Shown in pieces: positions 17,142-26,895 of a DNA stretch of 64,000 nucleotides. Position 1 is the first letter of the stretch. Each line of letters starts with the position of its first letter. Source of the stretch: Methanomassiliicoccales archaeon. Lineage in GTDB: Archaea > Thermoplasmatota > Thermoplasmata > Methanomassiliicoccales > UBA472. Both the position numbers and the translations under genes were made by a program. Below the pieces are notes generated by a model. The model was not told where the DNA came from. It did not search any database and saw only the letters and a program-made list of their open reading frames with translations. The stretch is taken from assembly GCA_013415865.1 (NCBI GenBank), contig CP058896.1, positions 843,957 through 907,956 on the forward strand, in the 5' to 3' direction.

Positions 17142-17528
17142 ATGTCGTGGACACAATCCGAGGTACGCGAGCTGAAGGAAGGGCGCTACATGTTGATAGA
17201 TGATGAGCCCTGCAAGATCATCTCCATATCCACATCCAAGCCCGGGAAGCACGGTGAGGCCAAGGCCAACATCGACGCGGTGGGCATCTTTGATAAGAAG
17301 AAGAGGAGCGTTGTCTTTCCTGTCAAGCACAAGGTGCAGGTCCCGATGATCGACAAGCGCAAGGCGCAGATCCTTGCGGTACACGGTAAGGAGGTCGAGC
17401 TCATGGACCTTGAGACCTTTGAGAACTTCTCCCTCGAGATCCAAGAGGAGTTCGAAGGTCAGCTCCACGCCGGCGAGGAGGTCATGTACCTTGTCGCGAT
17501 GGACCGCCGCATGATCACAAAGGTCTAA
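17142..17528 (+). CDS. eif5a: translation initiation factor 5A (aIF5A)
   Basis: Hypusine-site motif STSKPGKHGEAKA. Real gene is the last ~128 codons of ORF 16944-17528; alternative ATG at 17133. Confidence 0.95.
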   Translation: MSWTQSEVRELKEGRYMLIDDEPCKIISISTSKPGKHGEAKANIDAVGIFDKKKRSVVFPVKHKVQVPMIDKRKAQILAVHGKEVELMDLETFENFSLEIQEEFEGQLHAGEEVMYLVAMDRRMITKV

Positions 17529-17623
17529 GACCGCCTCTATTCTTCTCAAAAACGATGGTCGTGGTCGGATGAGGGCCATGCCCTATCTTGTTTCCTTATA
17601 TGCACCATTTTCTTGATGGTCCC

Positions 17624-17629
17624 TTTTTT
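17624..17629 (+). terminator. oligo-T tract downstream of aIF5A
   Basis: T6 run (cccttttttat) about 95 nt after the stop. Archaeal terminators are typically T-runs. Confidence 0.25.
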
Positions 17630-17821
17630 ATCTCCTAGAGCCTATATCGCCCTCGTGGACAGAAAAGGGCCAGGCATAGGGCCAAGCTCCATTCCACGAT
17701 ACTGACGCCCTGAAAGATGCCCCCATTCCCCTTACATTATCAGTATCGATCCTTCCCGAAGGTCTTCCCGACCATCGTCCCTGAGAACCGTCGCTCTCAC
17801 CCACATATAGGGAGGTCCATC

Positions 17822-19927
17822 TCAGCTATGTTGATCGCCTCTGGAGAAGAACCTTTGGACCTCCACGGCAGGTGCGGCCGATGGCCTGGCATCGAGCTCC
17901 GCGGCGTACTTTGAGGTCCTGGAGTCTAGGATGATGGCCGCCCCTCTGTCGCTCTCTGTACGTATCAGGCGACCGACCGCCTGGTTCACCTTTCTTATCG
18001 CCGGTACTTCCTGGGCGTACCTTTTACCTTTCCCGTTTCCGTATCTTGTCTCATATAGCATCTCTAACTTTCTCAACGCCAAGGAGGGCGGGGAGTAGGG
18101 CAGACCGACGATGACGACCATCTCAAGCTGTCGTCCTGGGAAGTCGAGACCTTCCGAGACGCGGCCGCCCATCGCTGTGAAGAAGATGCCGCCCCTCTTC
18201 TGCTTGAACTTATAGATGGCCCTGTTGAAATGGTCTGCGGATAGACCGGTGTCCCAGAACATCCCTTTGTGCACTGAGGGCTCTATCTGGGGCCTCATCC
18301 TCCTCATCAGGTCATAGGACCTGAAGAACACGATCGTGCTGACATCCACCGCATTGCATAGCGCGGTCACCGCCTCCTCGACCTTGCATTTCATCGATGG
18401 GTCCCTGGCCATGGCATCGAACCCTGGGTTGAGGTCGGGTGTGTAGAGCACCATCTTGTTCTCAGGAGGGTAAGGGGATGGATAGCATCGTGTTACGTAC
18501 CCTGACGGTACCCCAGCTACGTCCACATACTGTTCCAATGGTCTCAACGTCCCCGACATGTGAAGCACGGAGGGGCATGAGCTCAGAAGACCCTCAAGCT
18601 GCTCCGGCACAACATTGACGGCCCTCAGCGAGCCGCCCTCCTCCCTGCTCGCGGTCTTCACGAACGACGTTCCATCGACAGAGGACCACCTCCTTAGGAA
18701 CTCCCCAAGATGGAGCGTCATCGAACGAGGGTCTGATCCTGCCGCGATCTTCTCTTCTGCGATGGCCTGCCCCAGTTCAAAGGTGTTCGTCGCGATGGCC
18801 TTTACTGAGCCTATGTCCAGCCCCAACCTCGTCGCCAGCTCCCCTTCTAGGAACATCCTTCCGAGCTCCACCTCATCCTGGTCTTCAGGGATCTCCTTGA
18901 TCTTGTCGGTTATGATCTCTTTCACCGTATCGACGAGGTCCTTCAAAGTGGTCCCCTTGCCGACCTCCATCCCCGATCTCATTTTAAACTCAGGCATCCC
19001 CGCATGAAGTTCGGTCAGGGTCAGCCTGAAGCTCTCAGCATCCCTCGCGGAATCGACGAGGTTATGTGCTTCATCTATGATCATGATGACCTCGCCCAGG
19101 TTGCTCCCTATGGTCTCCATGAAATGTTCCCTCAGCTCATCCGAGAGCACATGGATGTACGGGGCGACCACAACATCCGCATCCTTTGCCAACAGCTTTC
19201 TTGCCTCGTAAGGACATATGCCCATGTCAGCGCAGTGGTCATCGAACTCCTGCACAAGGGGCAGCTCTCTGGCCACATAGGTCAGGAGAGAGCCGTCCTT
19301 AATGGCGGACAGGTTCGCATAGTGACCGCACCCACCGACCTGCCCGCTCCTGGTCCTTTTTTTCTTCTCCTCGCAGAACCTGCTCAGCGCATGGGGCGGC
19401 AGAGCGTCATCACGCCCCGCCCCTTTCATGAAAAGGCATGATTTCGCCCGGCCGGACATTGGGATCCCCACCACCCTCTTGATCTCGGAGATGGCCTGCA
19501 GCTCCACCATGACCTGGTCGCTCTGAGAGACGGTCCTGGTCAGGTAGATGACCTTCCTCCCGGACCCCTTGGCAAGTTCTAACGCTGCGACCAGGGCACA
19601 TATCGTCTTTCCCGTCCCGGTCCCCGACTCGACCACAAAGTGCTTCTTTGAGGCTAGGGCCTCCTTCGCCTCTGACACGAATGTCGTTTGATATGGACGG
19701 GGTTCGTATGGGAAAAGGCCATGACCATGCGTGGCACCTCTGCCCTTCGGACCCCTTTCAGCCCGGATACGAGGATTTGCCAACTGCCACGTCATGTTGA
19801 GACCGCATCGGGGACATTTTGGCTGTCCAGGTGCGACAAGGGTTTTGCATCGCTCACAATTGAACGAGGGCATGAGGTACCGTCTCTCCATCCCAGGATG
19901 TCGATGTGGCTGTCTGACGCGGACCAT
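17822..19927 (-). CDS. XPD/Rad3-family 5'-3' DNA helicase with N-terminal zinc-ribbon extension
   Basis: FPYEPRPYQ, Walker A ESGTGTGKT, DEAH box IIDEAHNL. Four FeS-domain Cys (SCLF, FCEEK, GGCGHY, ICPYE). Extra ~70 aa N-terminus with CERC-x10-CPRC. Confidence 0.9.
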   Translation of the reverse strand: MVRVRQPHRHPGMERRYLMPSFNCERCKTLVAPGQPKCPRCGLNMTWQLANPRIRAERGPKGRGATHGHGLFPYEPRPYQTTFVSEAKEALASKKHFVVESGTGTGKTICALVAALELAKGSGRKVIYLTRTVSQSDQVMVELQAISEIKRVVGIPMSGRAKSCLFMKGAGRDDALPPHALSRFCEEKKKRTRSGQVGGCGHYANLSAIKDGSLLTYVARELPLVQEFDDHCADMGICPYEARKLLAKDADVVVAPYIHVLSDELREHFMETIGSNLGEVIMIIDEAHNLVDSARDAESFRLTLTELHAGMPEFKMRSGMEVGKGTTLKDLVDTVKEIITDKIKEIPEDQDEVELGRMFLEGELATRLGLDIGSVKAIATNTFELGQAIAEEKIAAGSDPRSMTLHLGEFLRRWSSVDGTSFVKTASREEGGSLRAVNVVPEQLEGLLSSCPSVLHMSGTLRPLEQYVDVAGVPSGYVTRCYPSPYPPENKMVLYTPDLNPGFDAMARDPSMKCKVEEAVTALCNAVDVSTIVFFRSYDLMRRMRPQIEPSVHKGMFWDTGLSADHFNRAIYKFKQKRGGIFFTAMGGRVSEGLDFPGRQLEMVVIVGLPYSPPSLALRKLEMLYETRYGNGKGKRYAQEVPAIRKVNQAVGRLIRTESDRGAAIILDSRTSKYAAELDARPSAAPAVEVQRFFSRGDQHS

Positions 19928-19934
19928 GATGTGC

Positions 19935-21296
19935 TCAGGCCTTGGCCTCTTCGAGCGCCTCTCTGAGCTCCTTTTCGCAGCGGTCGCCTATCTTTTTAGC
20001 CGCGTCCTTCGTCTTCGCCTCGGAGTATATCCTGAATATCGGTTCCGTCCCAGATGGCCTTATGAGCGCCCAGCCGTTAGAGAAATGGACCTTCAGGCCA
20101 TCGGTGGTATCTAGCTTCTCCCCCTGGAACCGGATGAGCAGGTCCTCGAGCACGGCCTCCTTCAGGTCGTTGGCCACTTCGACCCGCCTCTTGTCAAGGG
20201 CGTAGTTGGGGACCGACCGCATGAGCTTTGACAGCTTACCTTCCTTTGCGATGATCTCGAGCACCTTGGCCATGGTCATGGCCCCGTCCCTGCAATACTG
20301 ATGCTCGGGGAATATCAGGCCGCCGTTCTCCTCCCCGCCAAAGGCGGCGTTAAGTTCGATCATCTGTCTGGCCACGATGGGCGACCCTACCTTCGTGTAC
20401 ACCACTTTGCCGCCCGCCGCTTTGACGACGTCCTCGACGCAGGATGAGGTGCTGACGGGGGTGACCACCGTTCCCCCTCCCTTCTCTCTGATGATGTAGC
20501 TGGCCACCAGAGCCAAAGACCTGTCGCCATATAGGTATTCGCCCTTATCGTCCACGAATATCGTCCTATCGGCGTCGCCATCATGCGCGATGCCCAGGTC
20601 CGCACCGGTGGCCTTCACCACCGCCATCAGGTCCTTGAGATGGTCGGGCGTGGGCTCGCTCTCGTGCCCAGGGAACGTTCCTTGAGGGTTCGCATTGAGC
20701 GTCACGGCCCGGACGCCCAGCATTTCGAGCAGCGCAGGAGAGGTGACCGACCCTGCCCCGTTTGCGCAGTCCAGCACCACTGATATTTTCGCATCTGATA
20801 TCGCAGGGGCATCTACGAGCCTCTTGACGGCGTTGATGTAGGAGCGGTCGACACCGGTCACCTGCCTCATCGAGCCTATCGACCTCCAAGACCTTTGGAC
20901 AAAGCCCTTGGAGAAGTATATCCCCTCTATGACCTCCTCCTTCGCCCTCGGCATCTCGGTCCCATCATAATCTATGCACTTGATACCGTTGAACTCTGGT
21001 GGATTGTGGGAGGCCGTGATCATCACCCCCCCTTTGACACCCGAGTTCTTGACGTAATACTGGAGGGCCGGGGTCGGGAGCATCCCGAGGTCCAATACCT
21101 CCACACCTACCGACATCATCCCAGCGGCCACGGAGCACCGGAGCATGTCAGCGGAAGTGCGCGAATCCGTGGCCAAGGCGACCTTACCGCCCATGAAGGT
21201 GCCTATGGCCCTGCCGACATCGAGGGCCAGCTGGGCCCCCATGTCCTCGTTCACTACTCCCCGTACCCCGTTCGTGCCGAACAACCTCTGTTCCAT
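19935..21296 (-). CDS. glmM: phosphoglucosamine mutase / phosphohexomutase
   Basis: Active-site loop TASHNPPEFNGIK, metal site HDGDADR, GEENGG. Confidence 0.9.
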   Translation of the reverse strand: MEQRLFGTNGVRGVVNEDMGAQLALDVGRAIGTFMGGKVALATDSRTSADMLRCSVAAGMMSVGVEVLDLGMLPTPALQYYVKNSGVKGGVMITASHNPPEFNGIKCIDYDGTEMPRAKEEVIEGIYFSKGFVQRSWRSIGSMRQVTGVDRSYINAVKRLVDAPAISDAKISVVLDCANGAGSVTSPALLEMLGVRAVTLNANPQGTFPGHESEPTPDHLKDLMAVVKATGADLGIAHDGDADRTIFVDDKGEYLYGDRSLALVASYIIREKGGGTVVTPVSTSSCVEDVVKAAGGKVVYTKVGSPIVARQMIELNAAFGGEENGGLIFPEHQYCRDGAMTMAKVLEIIAKEGKLSKLMRSVPNYALDKRRVEVANDLKEAVLEDLLIRFQGEKLDTTDGLKVHFSNGWALIRPSGTEPIFRIYSEAKTKDAAKKIGDRCEKELREALEEAKA

Positions 21297-21302
21297 CTTT
21301 AT

Positions 21303-21980
21303 CTACCGGACCTGGGCCTTATGCCTCTGAGATATGACCAGGATGTGGAGAATATCGGCCGAGTCCTTACACTTATCGGAGGAGTTCTCGATACCGTGCA
21401 ATATGTCCCTCATGAGGAAGATCGCTCTGGCATCCAGCTCCGATGCGAGGAATATCTCCTTCTTTGTGCTGAAGTACATGTCATCAAGGATGTGCTCCGA
21501 GACCTCGACGCTCCTCTCGTACTTGATGACCCCGTCATTGTCCACGCCCAGGGCATCTATGCTCTGGCGCAGCGCCTTCGTGGCCTTCTCTAGCTCGGCC
21601 GTCATCTCCGCATATCTCTTCCAAAGATGCCCAGGGACCTTGGCCTTCACCTCTATCATAAGCTGGAGGTTCAGCCCCGCCTCCTTGGCCCAGTCAGCTA
21701 TGTAGTCCATACGGCGGATGAGGTGCATGAGGTCCTCCCTCTCCTTTGACTCCATGTCGCCCTTGGAGAGCTCCTCGCTGATCATCTCCTCCATCCTGTC
21801 CGCCTCCTTCTCGGAGAGGATCAACCGTTTGATCGCATCAAGGGCGGACGCGTCATCCCCCTTCACCATGGCCGATATGGCACGGTTGAGCTCAGAGGCG
21901 GTATCGCCGACCTTCTCCGCATGCTCCCTGATGGCCTTCGTCACCAGCGATTCCCTGCGCTTGCCAAACCATTCGAGCAA
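21303..21980 (-). CDS. DUF47 / PhoU-like phosphate-transport-regulator family protein
   Basis: LEWFGKRRESL...LSEKEADRMEE...MHLIRRMDYIADWAKE helical repeats typical of the TIGR00153/DUF47 family. Start uncertain (TTG at 21980, 21998 or 22016). Confidence 0.75.
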   Translation of the reverse strand: MLEWFGKRRESLVTKAIREHAEKVGDTASELNRAISAMVKGDDASALDAIKRLILSEKEADRMEEMISEELSKGDMESKEREDLMHLIRRMDYIADWAKEAGLNLQLMIEVKAKVPGHLWKRYAEMTAELEKATKALRQSIDALGVDNDGVIKYERSVEVSEHILDDMYFSTKKEIFLASELDARAIFLMRDILHGIENSSDKCKDSADILHILVISQRHKAQVR

Positions 21981-21990
21981 AGATCCCTTG

Positions 21991-23076
21991 TCACTCAAGT
22001 TTAACAGCCTCCACAATGCCTTCCTGTGGCCTCGGGAACAAGACCACCGCCTTCCTGTTCATCATAAGATAGACCTCCTGCCCTACTTTATATAGATGAC
22101 CGTCGGACACGGGCACATCGAAATCGACCTCGTCCTCGCTGAGCGTCTCGGCGGTCATCCGCCAATAAGTGCCCATATAAGTGACCGACGTTATCTTCGA
22201 TAAAAGACCGCTCGTAAAGGGGTAGACGAACTCCGGACGGACCGATATCACGACCGCCTCCCCCACATCGAAAGGACAATTGAGGACCTCGATCTCAGAG
22301 CCGTCCCTCAGCTCTATCTTGCTAAGGTCCCTGTCCTTCTCCCTCACCCATCCCTCGATCAGATTTGTCTCCCCGATGAAGTTCATGGTGAAGATGTTCT
22401 TAGGCCTGGTGTAAAGCTCCTCCGGCGTACCCATCTCTACGATGGCGCCCGCCCGCATCAGCACGATCCTGTCCGACACCGACATGGCCTCCTCCTGGTC
22501 GTGCGTGACGTGTATCGTGGTTATGCCCAGCGATTTGACCAGCCTCCTGAGGTCATACCTCAGGTCGACCCTCACCCTCGCGTCCAGCGCAGAGAGCGGT
22601 TCATCGAGCAGCAACAGCTTCGAACCGGTTGCCAATGCCCGTGCCAGCGATACCTTCTGCTGCTCGCCGCCGCATAGCTCCGAGGGGAACATGCCCATCT
22701 TGTCGAGCAGCTTGACCAGCTCCAGGTAGCGATGTGCGGTGGAGCTCTGCTCCTTAACGCTCTTGCCTTTCACCCTTGGGCTGTACGAGACGTTCTCCCC
22801 GACATTAAGGTTTGGGAAGAGCGCGATGTTCTGGAACACATATCCTAGGTCCCTCTCCTCGATCGGGACGCCTTTCATGTCCTTACCGTCGATGAACACC
22901 TGCCCTTCGGTCGGCTCAATGATGCCAGCGATCATCCTTATCAGCGTTGTCTTGCCGCATCCTGATGGGCCCAAGATCGTGACGTACTCCCCATCCTTGA
23001 TGGTGAGGGTCGCATCGTCAACGGCGACCACCTTCCCATATCGCTTTGTCAGCCCTCTCACCGACACCTCTGGCAT
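21991..23076 (-). CDS. ABC transporter ATP-binding protein (PotA/CysA-type with C-terminal TOBE-like domain)
   Basis: Walker A GPSGCGKTT, signature LCGGEQQKVSLARAL, Walker B LLLLDEPLSALD, H-loop HVTHDQ. Confidence 0.9.
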   Translation of the reverse strand: MPEVSVRGLTKRYGKVVAVDDATLTIKDGEYVTILGPSGCGKTTLIRMIAGIIEPTEGQVFIDGKDMKGVPIEERDLGYVFQNIALFPNLNVGENVSYSPRVKGKSVKEQSSTAHRYLELVKLLDKMGMFPSELCGGEQQKVSLARALATGSKLLLLDEPLSALDARVRVDLRYDLRRLVKSLGITTIHVTHDQEEAMSVSDRIVLMRAGAIVEMGTPEELYTRPKNIFTMNFIGETNLIEGWVREKDRDLSKIELRDGSEIEVLNCPFDVGEAVVISVRPEFVYPFTSGLLSKITSVTYMGTYWRMTAETLSEDEVDFDVPVSDGHLYKVGQEVYLMMNRKAVVLFPRPQEGIVEAVKLE

Positions 23077-24168
23077 TCATTCCACCTTCAGTTCGTTCTC
23101 CAGACCCCCTTTGGGGAGCGGGAAGACCATCGCTTTCTCAGGGTTCCACCTGATGTGCTTCCTGTCACCGACCGCGAACTTCCCCAGACGCCAAGATGGC
23201 GTCTTCGCCGATATCCTTCCATTCCCATCGACCTGAAGGTCCACATGGAGATGCCTGCCCTCGAAAAGTATCCTCTCGACCGTCCCTTCCAGATATCCCT
23301 TGACGTCCCTCGACGTCTCCGTGTTCCCGACCTTGACGGCGAGGACGGCCCTTTCCCCGACCTTCATGTCACATGACCTGGCCTCAAGCAGTTTTCCATC
23401 ATCGGTCCTGAGCACTGTCCTCTCCCCGACCGATTCTATCGTACCGACAAAGAAGTTCGATTGGCCGACGAAGTTGGCCACGAACGGAGATACTGGCGAG
23501 TCGAAGACCTCGGCAGGCGTACCGACCTGTAAGATCTTCCCGTTCCTTATGACCGCGATGCGGTCGGCCATGACCATCGCCTCATCTTGGTCATGCGTCA
23601 CGTGGACGGTGGTCAGACCAAGGGACCTCGCGAGGTCCTTGAGCTCATATCTCAGGCTTATCCGCAGTCTTGCGTCGAGCGCCCTCAACGGCTCGTCCAA
23701 TAGCAGCACATCACAACCTGAGGCGAGGGCTCTGGCAAGGGCGGTCCTCTGCTGCATCCCCCCAGAGAGTTCCCTCGGATAGGCGTCCGAACGCGATGTC
23801 AGTCTTACGAGGTCCAACATCGAGGCGAGGGTCCTTTCCTCATCCTCTTTGCTCATGCCGCGTATCTCAGGACCGAAAAGAATGTTCTCCTTAACGGTAA
23901 GCTGCGGGAACAATGAATATGTCTGGGACAACATGACGGCCCCCCGGTCCTCCGGCTCGGCCCTCGTGACGTCCTTTCCATCGAAGTAGACCTTCCCGCT
24001 GTCCGGCCTGGTGAGCCCGCATAATGTCCTCAGAAGCGTCGTCTTGCCAGCTCCGGTAGGGCCAAGGACGCACATATACTCACCGTCCTTGATCTCAAGG
24101 TCTATACCATCAGCAGCATGGATGTCCCCATACCATTTCCTCACCCCTTCGATCCTGATGCTCGGCAT
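23077..24168 (-). CDS. second ABC transporter ATP-binding protein (paralogue, TOBE-like C-terminus)
   Basis: Real start is MPSIRIEGVRKWYG at 24168, which overlaps the permease stop by 1 nt. GPTGAGKTT, LSGGMQQRTALARAL, LLLDEPLRALD. The upstream 254 codons of ORF 23077-24930 are an out-of-frame overlap with the permease. Confidence 0.9.
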   Translation of the reverse strand: MPSIRIEGVRKWYGDIHAADGIDLEIKDGEYMCVLGPTGAGKTTLLRTLCGLTRPDSGKVYFDGKDVTRAEPEDRGAVMLSQTYSLFPQLTVKENILFGPEIRGMSKEDEERTLASMLDLVRLTSRSDAYPRELSGGMQQRTALARALASGCDVLLLDEPLRALDARLRISLRYELKDLARSLGLTTVHVTHDQDEAMVMADRIAVIRNGKILQVGTPAEVFDSPVSPFVANFVGQSNFFVGTIESVGERTVLRTDDGKLLEARSCDMKVGERAVLAVKVGNTETSRDVKGYLEGTVERILFEGRHLHVDLQVDGNGRISAKTPSWRLGKFAVGDRKHIRWNPEKAMVFPLPKGGLENELKVE

Positions 24169-25829
24169 CAGCCCGCCCTCCTTTTGGTCACGTAACGGAG
24201 CAATAGCATGAAGATGTAGGATACAATGATCAGCACGATGCATGCGAGCCCGGCCAGATAGAACTGTTCGGCATTGATCAGGTTGACTATGTACACAGGT
24301 GCCGTGTTCGCATCGGCGACCACTGCCAAGGTCGCTCCCGTCTCGCCCAGGCTCCTCGTGAACGCCATTATTGCACCGGCAAGGATGGATGTCTTTATCA
24401 TCGGGTAAAGTACCCGCTTGAACGCCTGGGTTGGTTTTGCCCCGAGAGTCCTTGCCGTCTCCTCGAAGGAGGGGTCGATCTCCTCCACCGCCCCGGCAAC
24501 GTTCCTCACCACCAACGGATAGGTGAAGGCGACATGCGCCATCACCACCAAGAGGAATTCCAGCGAACCTGCCCCTGATATATCGCTCCAGAATACGCCC
24601 AGAGAGTACCCCAGCGCGGCGGTGGGGACGATCAGGGGGACGTTGACAAGGACATCGAGCCCTTGGGCCAGTCTCGAACCATGACCTCTTGCCAAGTAAA
24701 GGGCCATCGGCACCCCCATCACGATATCGATAAGGGTCACCACGCCCGCGATCACGAAGGAATACATCAGGCTGTCCCAGAACCTTGCCCATTCCGCGCT
24801 CTGGTACGGAAGGACGATGACATATGAGAAGATAAAGAAGGAGGGGATGAGCACGAAGATGAAAAGGAAGGCCGTCGAGGAGGAATCCTTCAAAAACGGA
24901 GCCCATCCCCGGGAGAGCGTACGTTCCCACTTGGGCCAGACCTTTCCTGCCGGAAGTCTGACCTTCATTACGATCACCTTCAGCACCACCAGCAGCACCA
25001 GCGATATAGCGATGAGCAGGATGCTCACGAATGCCAGCTGAGGTACTATGTCAGGATTCGTCTGGACCAGTTTTTTCCACTTCCCTATGATGGTCGGGCC
25101 GGTCTCGAATCCTCCTGCGTTGGCCATGGTCGCCAGGGCGATCATCGTCCCGCCGGTCTCGCTCAGGCTCCTGGCAAGACAGAGTATTATGCCTGTCACC
25201 AGACCGGCCCTGAACATGGGGAGGGTGATGGTCCTCGCGGCGGTGAGCCTCGATGCCCCCAGGACCCTACCTGCGGTCTCATAAGTGACGTCGATCTGCT
25301 CAAGGATCGCGGCAAGGCTCCTGACCATATACGGATACGAGAAGACAACGTGGAGGAGGATTATCAGGACGAATGCGGAGTCGATCAGACCCAGGGCGAA
25401 ATCAGGGGCATGGACGTCTGAAGGGGTCACCGCCCAGAATATAGCGCAGGAGAACCCCAGCGCGGCGGTCGGGACGGCCAAAGGCATGTCTATTAGGGTG
25501 TCCAAGTATCTCTTTCCCCGGAACTCCTTCCGTACTAGGACCCATGCCATAGGGAGCCCCACGATGATGTCTATGACGGTGACTATGGCGGCGATCTCAA
25601 AGGACGCGATTATCGCGTCGGTGATCGTGCCCATCACCTCCGGGTCGTCAAGGACGAACTTCTGGATCGACGACCAGTCCGTCAGAACATAGCTTAGGAT
25701 CCAGATGGTGGGTATTATGACGATGGTGATGAAGAAGATTATGATGAAGAGCCACCAGACCTTCCGGAAAAGCCTGGAACTGATGACCTCCATCAATCTG
25801 TCCATTTTTGAAGCGGCCAGCCGACCCAC
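24168..25829 (-). CDS. fused two-domain ABC transporter permease (FbpB/ThiP-like, about 12 TM)
   Basis: 553 aa with two tandem 6-TM halves. Each half carries an EAA-type loop (RVLGASRLTAARTITLP; RTLGAKPTQAFKRVLYP). Confidence 0.9.
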   Translation of the reverse strand: MGRLAASKMDRLMEVISSRLFRKVWWLFIIIFFITIVIIPTIWILSYVLTDWSSIQKFVLDDPEVMGTITDAIIASFEIAAIVTVIDIIVGLPMAWVLVRKEFRGKRYLDTLIDMPLAVPTAALGFSCAIFWAVTPSDVHAPDFALGLIDSAFVLIILLHVVFSYPYMVRSLAAILEQIDVTYETAGRVLGASRLTAARTITLPMFRAGLVTGIILCLARSLSETGGTMIALATMANAGGFETGPTIIGKWKKLVQTNPDIVPQLAFVSILLIAISLVLLVVLKVIVMKVRLPAGKVWPKWERTLSRGWAPFLKDSSSTAFLFIFVLIPSFFIFSYVIVLPYQSAEWARFWDSLMYSFVIAGVVTLIDIVMGVPMALYLARGHGSRLAQGLDVLVNVPLIVPTAALGYSLGVFWSDISGAGSLEFLLVVMAHVAFTYPLVVRNVAGAVEEIDPSFEETARTLGAKPTQAFKRVLYPMIKTSILAGAIMAFTRSLGETGATLAVVADANTAPVYIVNLINAEQFYLAGLACIVLIIVSYIFMLLLRYVTKRRAG

Positions 25830-25903
25830 CTTATCAATCCGGATTAGCTATGTCAATATATAGATAACGAAGGACGGAACATATTGTATTTACATAACAT
25901 CAT

Positions 25904-26863
25904 TCAAGCTAGTATCGTGGATATCACTTCGCCGCATCTAGGCACCTTGACATCCGGCCCTATGATGGAGCCGATGACCTTGGCCCCTTCGCCTATCACG
26001 GCACCTTCCATCACCATCGAGCCTGCGACGAACGCCCCCTTCATGACCAAAGCACCAGGGCGTACAACGGCATCAGGTCCGACCGTGCAGGCCTCGAAGG
26101 CCGCCCCCTGTAAGTGATTGTGCCCTTCCATCCTGACGCTGCCCTTGAACGTGCAATCGTGAACGGCCGCAAGTCCTTTCGAGAGCAGCTCTCTCTGCGC
26201 CAAAAGAAGGTTCTCCCTTGTCCCACAGTCCACCCAATGACCTGAGAACCTATAACCATAGAGACCTTTCTGCAATAATCCTGGGAACACATCCCTCTCC
26301 AGAGAGACGACCCCTTCTCCGATGTGGTCCAGGACCTCCGGCTCGAACACATAGGCCCCGGCATTGATATTCCTGGAGACCGCCTCCTCCCTCCTTGGCT
26401 TTTCCTGAAATACAGTTATCCTTCCCCCGGACCCGATGCCGACAACCCCGAACGCGGTAGGGTCCTCGACCTCCCATAGGGATATTGTTCCAATGCCCGC
26501 CTTTGCCCTATGCCATGCCAACATCTCCCTTATATCAAGGGAGCAGACCACATCCCCGTTGAAGGCGAGGAAGGTTTCGTCCAGATAAGATGCTACGTTC
26601 TTCAGGGCCCCTCCCGTCCCGAGCGGCCTGTCCTCGTTGACCAGAATGATCTTCCTTCCGCAGTCGTTCTTGGAAAAATGCTCCTCGAGACGGTCCTTCA
26701 TGTAGCTCACCGCCAATATGACGGTGTCCACCTCCTCAGGGAGGGATCCGATGATGTGCATGACCATCGGCCTGTCGACCAATGGCACCAAGGGCTTGGG
26801 CATATGGTAGGTAAGAGGCCTGAGCCTCGTTCCCATACCCCCGGCCAGGATGACCGCCTTCAT
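25904..26863 (-). CDS. sugar-1-phosphate nucleotidyltransferase with C-terminal left-handed beta-helix
   Basis: MKAVILAGGMGTRLRPLTYHMPKPLVP (NTP-transferase G-rich loop). Hexapeptide-like C-terminus. Confidence 0.85.
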   Translation of the reverse strand: MKAVILAGGMGTRLRPLTYHMPKPLVPLVDRPMVMHIIGSLPEEVDTVILAVSYMKDRLEEHFSKNDCGRKIILVNEDRPLGTGGALKNVASYLDETFLAFNGDVVCSLDIREMLAWHRAKAGIGTISLWEVEDPTAFGVVGIGSGGRITVFQEKPRREEAVSRNINAGAYVFEPEVLDHIGEGVVSLERDVFPGLLQKGLYGYRFSGHWVDCGTRENLLLAQRELLSKGLAAVHDCTFKGSVRMEGHNHLQGAAFEACTVGPDAVVRPGALVMKGAFVAGSMVMEGAVIGEGAKVIGSIIGPDVKVPRCGEVISTILA

Positions 26864-26895
26864 GGGGACCGGCCGCTCTCAGGATGTGTTCTTGA

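Noticed and set aside
24169-24930. N-terminal 254 codons of ORF 23077-24930, which would make a 617-aa ATPase
   Set aside because: This part is an alternative frame of the permease gene and is R/G-rich nonsense. The ATPase begins at the canonical MPSIRIEGV... exactly at the permease stop.
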